Position numbers and translations under genes: made by a program
Source of the DNA: Escherichia virus KFS-EC3
Strand: one strand, 5' to 3'
DNA: 64,000 nucleotides
Sequence record: MZ065353.1
Notes under the pieces: model-generated
What the model was told of the DNA's origin: nothing
Seen by the model: the letters and a program-made list of their open reading frames with translations, nothing else
Database searches by the model: none
In this document: piece by piece, positions 1-7,040 of the stretch
Position numbering within the stretch: the stretch's first letter is position 1
How the letters are laid out: every line of letters starts with the position of its first letter

Positions 1-41
1 CGTGGTGAAACTGCTAAATCTGCTTATCTGGTGATTATGAA

Positions 42-623
42 ATGAAAGCGAGTACAGTACTTCAAATTGCATATTTAGTATCACAAGAATCAAAATGTTG
101 CTCCTGGAAGGTAGGAGCAGTAATTGAAAAGAATGGACGTATTATTTCTACCGGATATAATGGTTCACCTGCCGGGGGTGTGAACTGCTGCGATTATGCT
201 GCTGAGCAAGGTTGGTTGCTGAATAAGCCTAAACATACTATCATTCAAGGTCATAAGCCTGAATGTGTATCGTTTGGTTCAACTGATCGTTTTGTCTTGG
301 CGAAAGAACACCGTAGCGCTCACTCTGAATGGTCGTCTAAAAATGAAATTCATGCTGAACTAAATGCGATTTTGTTTGCTGCACGAAACGGTTCTTCAAT
401 TGAAGGTGCTACTATGTATGTAACACTTTCTCCTTGTCCGGATTGTGCAAAAGCCATAGCTCAATCTGGAATTAAAAAACTGGTTTATTGCGAAACATAC
501 GATAAGAATAAACCTGGCTGGGATGATATTCTGCGAAATGCAGGTATTGAAGTGTTTAATGTTCCTAAGAAAAACTTGAATAAGTTAAATTGGGAAAATA
601 TCAACGAATTCTGTGGTGAATAA
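42..623 (+). CDS. cd: dCMP deaminase
   Basis: 193 aa; zinc-deaminase motifs HAE (HAELNAI) and PCxxC (SPCPDCAKAI); same length as T4 Cd. Confidence 0.9.
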   Translation: MKASTVLQIAYLVSQESKCCSWKVGAVIEKNGRIISTGYNGSPAGGVNCCDYAAEQGWLLNKPKHTIIQGHKPECVSFGSTDRFVLAKEHRSAHSEWSSKNEIHAELNAILFAARNGSSIEGATMYVTLSPCPDCAKAIAQSGIKKLVYCETYDKNKPGWDDILRNAGIEVFNVPKKNLNKLNWENINEFCGE

Positions 624-859
624 TGAAATTTCGTTTGGTACAGCTCACAGCAATTAGTTCTTATTCTAACGAGAACATTTCATTTGCTGTAGAGTATAAG
701 AAGTATTTTTTCTCTAAATGGAAACAGTATTATAAGTCAGAATGGGTTTGTATTGATAGGCCGTATAGTTGGAAATCTGATTTAGAAAAATGCCAAAAGT
801 TGCTTTCCACTCTTAAAGAACGTGGAACAACCCATATTAAAACTGTAATAGGTAAATAA
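623..859 (+). CDS. hypothetical small protein (position of T4 31.2)
   Basis: 78 aa ORF, start overlaps cd stop (ATGA); synteny only. Confidence 0.45.
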   Translation: MKFRLVQLTAISSYSNENISFAVEYKKYFFSKWKQYYKSEWVCIDRPYSWKSDLEKCQKLLSTLKERGTTHIKTVIGK

Positions 860-1168
860 ATGAAATTGACAACTGAACAGAAAGTAGCAATTCGTGAAAT
901 TTTGAAAACTAAATTGTCCATGGGTATTTCAAACGTGGTTTTTGAAAAGTCTGATGGTACTATTCGTACCATGAAAGGCACTCGTGATGCAGACTTTATG
1001 CCAACCATGCAAACTGGTAAATTGACTGAATCTGCTCGGAAAGAATCTACTGATATGATTCCGGTATTTGATGTTGAACTCGGTGCATGGCGAGGTTTTT
1101 CTATTGACAAATTGATTTCCGTTAATGGCATGAAAGTTGAGCATTTGCTTCAATTTATTGGTAAATAA
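860..1168 (+). CDS. hypothetical protein (position of T4 31.1)
   Basis: 102 aa ORF immediately upstream of gene 31; synteny only. Confidence 0.5.
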   Translation: MKLTTEQKVAIREILKTKLSMGISNVVFEKSDGTIRTMKGTRDADFMPTMQTGKLTESARKESTDMIPVFDVELGAWRGFSIDKLISVNGMKVEHLLQFIGK

Positions 1169-1169
1169 A

Positions 1170-1194
1170 TGCTTTAAGAATTATTTGTTATTAT
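1170..1194 (+). promoter_or_regulatory. MotA-box middle promoter candidate upstream of gene 31
   Basis: TGCTTTA followed 12 nt later by TATTAT; same 29-bp sequence recurs at 62769-62797. Confidence 0.45.
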
Positions 1195-1224
1195 TAATTC
1201 ATCTGTTAACAAAAAGGAAAAACG

Positions 1225-1560
1225 ATGTCTGAAGTACAACAGCTACCAATTCGTGCTGTCGGTGAATATGTTATTTTAGTTTCTGAACCTGCGCAAGCCG
1301 GTGATGAAGAAGTTACAGAATCAGGACTTATTATTGGTAAACGTGTCCAAGGTGAAGTTCCTGAACTGTGTGTAGTTCACTCTGTTGGTCCTGATGTTCC
1401 TGAAGGTTTCTGCGAAGTTGGTGATTTGACTTCTCTTCCAGTTGGTCAAATTCGAAACGTTCCTCATCCTTTTGTAGCTCTGGGTCTTAAGCAGCCAAAA
1501 GAAATTAAGCAAAAATTCGTTACCTGTCACTATAAAGCTATTCCGTGTCTTTATAAGTGA
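1225..1560 (+). CDS. 31: co-chaperonin GroES-like gp31
   Basis: 111 aa, same length and position as T4 gp31; AGGAAA RBS upstream. Confidence 0.85.
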
Positions 1561-1707
1561 TATAAATAATAATATGAATTGGGTGTCGGAATAATAAGTT
1601 AACCGAACAATTCTACGTGGTAGTCTACAACTGAGAGATCTGTCGAAAGAAGATGAAATTCAGAAGAACGTGACTACCGAGTTTTAATCTCTAACGAGAA
1701 TTTTTAA

Positions 1708-1956
1708 ATGATTAAACAATTACAACACGCTCTTGAACTGCAACGAAACGCATGGAATAATGGTCACGAAAACTATGGCGCATCTATTGATGTTGAAGCC
1801 GAAGCTCTTGAAATCCTGCGTTATTTCAAACATCTGAATCCTGCTCAAACTGCATTAGCTGCTGAGCTTCAGGAAAAAGATGAACTTAAATATGCTAAGC
1901 CTCTGGCTTCTGCCGCACGAAAAGCAGTTCGTCACTTTGTGGTAACACTGAAGTAA
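1708..1956 (+). CDS. rIII: lysis inhibition accessory protein rIII
   Basis: 82 aa, same length and position as T4 rIII. Confidence 0.8.
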   Translation: MIKQLQHALELQRNAWNNGHENYGASIDVEAEALEILRYFKHLNPAQTALAAELQEKDELKYAKPLASAARKAVRHFVVTLK

Positions 1957-2150
1957 TTTATTGGAGAGTCACTGCCTTAGTGTGAAGTTAAAACGAGGAG
2001 CCGTCGAACTTTGTTTTACGGTGTACCTCTTGAATGTTGACGAGGTTTATGGTTATCCTGTCGGTAAATATTCAAAACCTAAGTACCCCTTGAGGGCTTT
2101 CGCAGGCAATGCCAATAAGTCCTGCATTTTCATTTAAAAGAGAATTTATA

Positions 2151-2327
2151 ATGGCAAAACAAGCTAAAGCAAAGAAAGCAGTTGAAAAGAAAGTTGGTGA
2201 TTCTAAACGCGCTGGTTACAAGCGTGGGTCGAACTCTCGTATCAATCAAACTGTTGAGAAGATCATGCGCCGAGCACGTGCGGTTCTTCGAGATGATGCT
2301 TCTCGTTTTGGTAAGCAGAAAGCATAA
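2151..2327 (+). CDS. small highly basic protein (position of T4 30.9)
   Basis: 58 aa from ATG at 2151 (MAKQAKAKKAVEKK...), Lys/Arg-rich; the track ORF from 2109 has a less plausible start. Confidence 0.5.
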   Translation: MAKQAKAKKAVEKKVGDSKRAGYKRGSNSRINQTVEKIMRRARAVLRDDASRFGKQKA

Positions 2328-2332
2328 GTTAA

Positions 2333-2358
2333 GGACTCCTTCGGGAGTCCTTTTTTAT
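2333..2358 (+). terminator. rho-independent terminator hairpin
   Basis: GGACTCC-TTCG-GGAGTCC stem-loop followed by T7 run. Confidence 0.6.
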
Positions 2359-2380
2359 TTTCCAAAGATTGCACAAAGTT

Positions 2381-2413
2381 GTTTACAGTATGGCTCCTTT
2401 GTGATAGTATTAT
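2381..2413 (+). promoter_or_regulatory. T4-type early promoter inside a stem-loop (PeSL-like cassette)
   Basis: GTTTAC, 17 nt, then ATAGTATTAT; inverted repeat CTCCTTTG/CAAAGGAG encloses the -10. Confidence 0.5.
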
Positions 2414-2437
2414 CTTACACAAACAAAGGAGAATAAA

Positions 2438-2806
2438 ATGAAAATCAATCTTAACTCATACATCAAAGGTAAAGATCACGACGGCTATAAAGCTATCGAA
2501 ACTAAAGAACTTCAGTGGCATTTATATAAAGAACAATTTGAATTCGTAGATTGTATGACTCCTGAAGGTCCTTCTGATGATTTCTCTTGGAAAATAATGT
2601 TAACTAACTTTTTTACTGGAGATACATACGAATTAAAAACTTTGATTCTTGGTAAAATTCGCTGTGAGACTTATGAAGATAAAGAAACTGGTTACTCTGA
2701 AGATGTTACGTGGTATCAAAATGGTCGTATTACCGCTGACCTCTTGATTGAAAAAATGAAAGCTAAAGGTGAATTAAATTTAGATAATTGGATTAAAGTT
2801 GCATAA
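2438..2806 (+). CDS. hypothetical early protein
   Basis: 122 aa ORF with GGAGAA RBS; no recognisable motif. Confidence 0.5.
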   Translation: MKINLNSYIKGKDHDGYKAIETKELQWHLYKEQFEFVDCMTPEGPSDDFSWKIMLTNFFTGDTYELKTLILGKIRCETYEDKETGYSEDVTWYQNGRITADLLIEKMKAKGELNLDNWIKVA

Positions 2807-2810
2807 AATA

Positions 2811-2850
2811 GTTTACTTTGGTACAGGATATGATATTATATACCTGTACC
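2811..2850 (+). promoter_or_regulatory. T4-type early promoter inside a stem-loop (PeSL-like cassette)
   Basis: GTTTAC, 17 nt, then TATTAT; inverted repeat GGTACAGG/CCTGTACC encloses the -10. Confidence 0.5.
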
Positions 2851-2876
2851 GCAATTAAACATCTCGGAGAATAAAA

Positions 2877-3242
2877 ATGAATTACATCAACTTTGAACGT
2901 AAATATGTTTCTAACGGTATTGCAGGTTCTATTGATACTATCTGCCTTTGGAAACATCAAAATGGATCAGTATGCGAAATTGAACAGTATATGACTCCTA
3001 ACTACGTTTATATGCGATTTGAAAATGGCATCACGGTTTCAATCACGAAAGAAGGTTCTTCTTTTAAAATCGCATTGGATGATGATTTTCGTCAACGCGA
3101 TTTAGGGACTCATCCTTGCTGGAATGGCGTTAATCGCAAGCTTCTGGTTAAAACTTGGATTCGTCATATTCTGAGTAACAGAGCTAAACCTGAGCATCTT
3201 GAAGCAATCTTTGATGTAGTTCTTAACGAATTTGATATTTAA
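2877..3242 (+). CDS. hypothetical early protein
   Basis: 121 aa ORF with GGAGAA RBS. Confidence 0.5.
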   Translation: MNYINFERKYVSNGIAGSIDTICLWKHQNGSVCEIEQYMTPNYVYMRFENGITVSITKEGSSFKIALDDDFRQRDLGTHPCWNGVNRKLLVKTWIRHILSNRAKPEHLEAIFDVVLNEFDI

Positions 3243-3251
3243 ATAAAATGA

Positions 3252-3265
3252 GGGGCTTCGGCCCC
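3252..3265 (+). terminator. GC-rich UUCG tetraloop hairpin
   Basis: GGGGC-TTCG-GCCCC directly after the ORF stop; weak T-run, so possibly an RNA-stability hairpin rather than a terminator. Confidence 0.4.
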
Positions 3266-3282
3266 TTACTGAGGAAAATACT

Positions 3283-3570
3283 ATGTTTATGACTACTTAT
3301 TTTGATACCCGCAAAAATTTCTGTGAAGTGGTTTTCTCTAAGGCACCTAAAGACCTTCCTGCTCATTTGCAGCCTACTAGTGAATCGATTAAAAACTATG
3401 TTAATGTAGTCTGCCCTTTAGAGTTCCGTACTGTAAATGGCCGCGATACTTTAGCTATCACTAAACTTAATCGTGAAATTGACATTGACCCTTCAATTGC
3501 GCGTGAAATTAATATTTCTGATATTGGCGGCGGTAATGTTAAATCACACGGTTTTCAGATGAGATTTTAA
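3283..3570 (+). CDS. hypothetical protein
   Basis: 95 aa ORF. Confidence 0.45.
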   Translation: MFMTTYFDTRKNFCEVVFSKAPKDLPAHLQPTSESIKNYVNVVCPLEFRTVNGRDTLAITKLNREIDIDPSIAREINISDIGGGNVKSHGFQMRF

Positions 3571-3574
3571 TAAA

Positions 3575-3790
3575 ATGTTTAAGAAATTAATCCAGAAATT
3601 ACTGGGCACGGAAATGGTCGAAGTTACTTATCGTGTGACTGATGTCTCTCCGCTCACTGAAGACCATTTAGAGCCATATATTATGACAATTAAAATGCTT
3701 AAACATGATGGCGGATTATCTATTGAAGACCGTTTACCAAGTTATGGTCATTGGGCTGATATTGAAATTATAAGTATTAAAGATGTCTGA
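3575..3790 (+). CDS. hypothetical protein
   Basis: 71 aa ORF, overlaps the next ORF start. Confidence 0.45.
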   Translation: MFKKLIQKLLGTEMVEVTYRVTDVSPLTEDHLEPYIMTIKMLKHDGGLSIEDRLPSYGHWADIEIISIKDV

Positions 3791-4241
3791 GTTAGAGATT
3801 AGAAGCAATTTTAGATGGCCATCATGTGCATTAAGTAATTTCGCCCAATGGCCTTTTGTTATGGACGGTATCCAATTTGGAGGTCTCGAAGGATTCCTCC
3901 AAGGATGCAAGGTGAAAAATGTTGAACAACAGCGTCGTATATTTGGGTTATCCGGGCTTGCCGCCCAACAAGCTGGACGAGCTTATGCTAGAGCTCAGGA
4001 CCGTGGCACGTTGTTCTGGCTTGGAACTCCGTTTTCAAGATATTCCGAAGCATGGAAAGAATTATACACAAATGCATATTTTGAAGCAGCGTTCCAAAAC
4101 AAGGGCTTTCGCGATGCATTACAAGCCTCGAAAGGAAAAGTTTTGAAGCACAGCATGGCTAGTGGTCTAACAAAAGATGATACAATACTAACCGAAGCTG
4201 AATTTATTGATGTGTTAAACCTATTAAGAGACTCTCTATGA
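3783..4241 (+). CDS. NADAR-like (YbiA/DUF1768-like) protein, candidate (position of T4 30.3)
   Basis: 152 aa; segment SNFAQWPFVMDGIQFGGLEGFLQGCK resembles the NADAR core; assignment from memory of the motif, not from a search. Confidence 0.45.
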   Translation: MSELEIRSNFRWPSCALSNFAQWPFVMDGIQFGGLEGFLQGCKVKNVEQQRRIFGLSGLAAQQAGRAYARAQDRGTLFWLGTPFSRYSEAWKELYTNAYFEAAFQNKGFRDALQASKGKVLKHSMASGLTKDDTILTEAEFIDVLNLLRDSL

Positions 4242-5077
4242 AGCCAACTATTTTGACTGATATTGATGGAGTATGTTTAAGCTGGCAATCAGGCCTTCCT
4301 TATTTTGCTCAGAAATATAATCTTCCGTTAGAACATATTTTAAAAATGATCCAAGATGAGAAATTTATTTCTCCAGGTAAACTCTTTAATTGTGATGAAG
4401 AACTTGGTGTCAAGTTAATTGAAAAATACAATCGTTCAGATTTTATTCGTTATTTGTCTCCGTATAAAGATGCCCTGTGTGTAATTAACAAATTAAAAGA
4501 AGATTATAATTTTGTAGCTGTTACAGCATTGGGTGATTCTATTGACGCTCTGTTGAATCGTCAATTTAATTTGAATGCTCTTTTTCCTGGTGCCTTCTCA
4601 GAAGTAATGATGTGTGGTCATGATTCTTCAAAAGAAGAGTTATTCAAAAAGGCAAAAGAGAAATATAACGTAATTTGTTATATTGACGATCTTGCTCACC
4701 ACTGCGATCATGCGAGTGAAATATTAAATGTTCCTGTTTATTGGATGGCTCGAGGAGAGCGTGATAATATTCCAAAAACTGCGCAGCGAGTTTATACATG
4801 GAATGATGTAGAAAATAAGCTTTTTTCGCCGAAGGAAAATAAAGAAAGTTTTGATAGTGAAAAAGCTATAAAAGATTTAATTGAGAAGATGGTTAAAAAC
4901 GATTCTTTTCCTTGGAACACTACCTGGAGAACGCCTGGATTTAATCCTTATAATCATCTATATCATCCATATCAGACACATCCGTTTCAGACATGGAACT
5001 ATATTAAACCTGGTGGCATAGAGTATTTGTATAATAGACCTACTTGTGGTGATAATATTTTCCAAGGAGCATTCTAA
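4238..5077 (+). CDS. HAD-superfamily phosphatase/nucleotidase-like protein (position of T4 30.2)
   Basis: 279 aa; N-terminal ILTDIDGV matches HAD motif I (DxDG). Confidence 0.5.
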   Translation: MKPTILTDIDGVCLSWQSGLPYFAQKYNLPLEHILKMIQDEKFISPGKLFNCDEELGVKLIEKYNRSDFIRYLSPYKDALCVINKLKEDYNFVAVTALGDSIDALLNRQFNLNALFPGAFSEVMMCGHDSSKEELFKKAKEKYNVICYIDDLAHHCDHASEILNVPVYWMARGERDNIPKTAQRVYTWNDVENKLFSPKENKESFDSEKAIKDLIEKMVKNDSFPWNTTWRTPGFNPYNHLYHPYQTHPFQTWNYIKPGGIEYLYNRPTCGDNIFQGAF

Positions 5078-5346
5078 TGTTTGTTGTTCACACTATTTAT
5101 GAAAATGAAGGTAATACTACACGTGATTACGGTCACGTAAATCAATTTTTTAGATGCAATCCAGAATTCCGAGCTCAAAAAGACGAACGAATTTTTAAAA
5201 AATGTGTAGAGCAAGGTTTCATTTATATCAAGCACTGGATGCAAGGAAATAAAGTTAGAACTACATATCATAGGTCTTTAACTGAGCTTAATGATGAATT
5301 GATTTATAATAGAGCTGTAAATCAAACTCTGAAGGATGAACAATGA
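5077..5346 (+). CDS. hypothetical protein (position of T4 30.1)
   Basis: 89 aa ORF, start overlaps previous stop. Confidence 0.45.
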   Translation: MFVVHTIYENEGNTTRDYGHVNQFFRCNPEFRAQKDERIFKKCVEQGFIYIKHWMQGNKVRTTYHRSLTELNDELIYNRAVNQTLKDEQ

Positions 5347-6806
5347 TTCTTAAAATTCTGAATGAAATAGCATCTATTGGATCAACTAAGCAGAAGCAAG
5401 CAATTCTTGAAAAGAATAAAGATAATGAATTGCTTAAACGAGTATATCGTCTAACTTATTCTCGTGGGTTACAGTATTATATCAAGAAATGGCCTAAACC
5501 TGGTATTGCTACCCAGAGTTTTGGAATGCTGACTATTACCGATATGCTTGACTTCATTGAATTCACGTTAGCTACTCGGAAATTGACCGGAAATGCTGCA
5601 ATTGAGGAATTGACTGGATATATCACCGATGGTAAAAAGGATGATGTTGAAGTTTTGCGTCGAGTTATGATGCGAGACCTTGAATGCGGTGCTTCAGTAT
5701 CTATTGCAAACAAAGTTTGGCCAGGTTTAATTCCTGAACAACCTCAAATGCTGGCAAGTTCTTATGATGAAAAAGGCATTAGTAAGAATATCAAGTTTCC
5801 AGCTTTTGCGCAGTTAAAAGCAGATGGAGCTCGGTGTTTTGCTGAAGTCCGAGGTGATGAATTAGATGATGTTCGTCTTTTATCACGAGCTGGTAATGAA
5901 TATCTAGGATTAGATCTTCTTAAGGAAGAATTAATCAAAATGACTGCTGAAGCCCGCCAGATTCATCCAGAAGGTGTGTTAATTGATGGCGAATTGGTAT
6001 ACCATGAGCAAGTTAAAAAGGAACCAGAAGGCCTAGATTTTCTTTTTGATGCTTATCCTGAAATTAGTAAAGCTAAAGAATTCGCCGAAGTAGCGGAATC
6101 TCGTACTACTTCTAATGGAATCGCCAATAAATCCTTAAAAGGAACCATTTCTGAAAAAGAAGCTCAATGCATGAAGTTTCAGGTCTGGGATTATGTCCCG
6201 TTGGTAGAAATATACGGTCTTCCGGCGTTTCGTTTAAAATATGATGTACGTTTTTCTAAACTAGAACAAATGACATCAGGATATGATAAAGTAATTTTAA
6301 TTGAAAACCAGGTAGTAAATAACCTAGATGAAGCTAAGGTAATTTATAAAAAGTATATTGACCAAGGTCTTGAAGGTATTATTCTCAAAAATACCGATGG
6401 ATTGTGGGAAAATGCTCGTTCAAAAAATCTCTATAAATTTAAAGAAGTAATTGATGTTGATTTAAAAATTGTAGGAATTTATCCTCACCGTAAAGACCCT
6501 ACTAAAGCAGGTGGATTTATTCTTGAATCAGAGTGTGGAAAAATTAAAGTAAATGCTGGTTCAGGCTTAAAAGATAAAGCCGGTGTAAAATCACATGAAC
6601 TTGACCGTACTCGCATTATGGAAAACCAAAATTATTATATTGGAAAAATTCTAGAGTGCGAATGCAACGGTTGGCTAAAATCTGATGGCCGCACTGATTA
6701 CGTTAAATTATTTCTTCCGATTGCGATTCGTTTACGTGAAGATAAAACTAAAGCTAATACATTCGAGGATGTATTTGGTGATTTTCATGAGGTAACTGGT
6801 CTATGA
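5343..6806 (+). CDS. 30: ATP-dependent DNA ligase
   Basis: 487 aa as T4 gp30; KxDG adenylation motif (LKADGAR). Confidence 0.9.
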   Translation: MILKILNEIASIGSTKQKQAILEKNKDNELLKRVYRLTYSRGLQYYIKKWPKPGIATQSFGMLTITDMLDFIEFTLATRKLTGNAAIEELTGYITDGKKDDVEVLRRVMMRDLECGASVSIANKVWPGLIPEQPQMLASSYDEKGISKNIKFPAFAQLKADGARCFAEVRGDELDDVRLLSRAGNEYLGLDLLKEELIKMTAEARQIHPEGVLIDGELVYHEQVKKEPEGLDFLFDAYPEISKAKEFAEVAESRTTSNGIANKSLKGTISEKEAQCMKFQVWDYVPLVEIYGLPAFRLKYDVRFSKLEQMTSGYDKVILIENQVVNNLDEAKVIYKKYIDQGLEGIILKNTDGLWENARSKNLYKFKEVIDVDLKIVGIYPHRKDPTKAGGFILESECGKIKVNAGSGLKDKAGVKSHELDRTRIMENQNYYIGKILECECNGWLKSDGRTDYVKLFLPIAIRLREDKTKANTFEDVFGDFHEVTGL

Positions 6807-6991
6807 AAGCTTACTTAGAAACAATTGTCGTTGCTCAAAAAGAAGGTGGAGATGTTTCTACTTCTGTATCACAAATCGTTCTCGAATTTGTAGATGCATA
6901 TGCTTATAATAAATTTACAGAAACATTTGATGCCTACGAAAAAGGTCCAAAGTTTGAAATATATCGTACTCTCTTACCACTAGATTATTAA
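6803..6991 (+). CDS. hypothetical small protein
   Basis: 62 aa ORF overlapping ligase stop (ATGA). Confidence 0.4.
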   Translation: MKAYLETIVVAQKEGGDVSTSVSQIVLEFVDAYAYNKFTETFDAYEKGPKFEIYRTLLPLDY

Positions 6992-7006
6992 AGGCCTTCG
7001 GGCCTT
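6991..7006 (+). terminator. UUCG tetraloop terminator hairpin
   Basis: AAGGCC-TTCG-GGCCTT then TAATTTT. Confidence 0.5.
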
Positions 7007-7012
7007 TAATTT

Positions 7013-7020
7013 TATAAATA
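7013..7020 (+). promoter_or_regulatory. T4 late promoter (TATAAATA) upstream of alt-like gene
   Basis: exact TATAAATA 21 bp upstream of the ATG; late expression fits a capsid-packaged protein. Confidence 0.5.
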
Positions 7021-7040
7021 GAATAAACACTAGAGAGGAT

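Noticed and set aside
730-1131. Antisense ORFs of 60-130 aa inside annotated genes (this one, and others such as 29082-29435, 49320-49679, 41876-42199)
   Set aside because: Each lies opposite a longer ORF whose length and order match a T4 gene; treated as shadow ORFs.
2182-2436. 84-aa ORF spanning the terminator and early promoter
   Set aside because: It overlaps the small basic gene out of frame and crosses the terminator hairpin and promoter cassette; a chance ORF in AT-rich sequence.
3919-4146. 75-aa ORF in an alternative frame inside the NADAR-like gene
   Set aside because: Fully embedded in a longer ORF with better coding context; no RBS.
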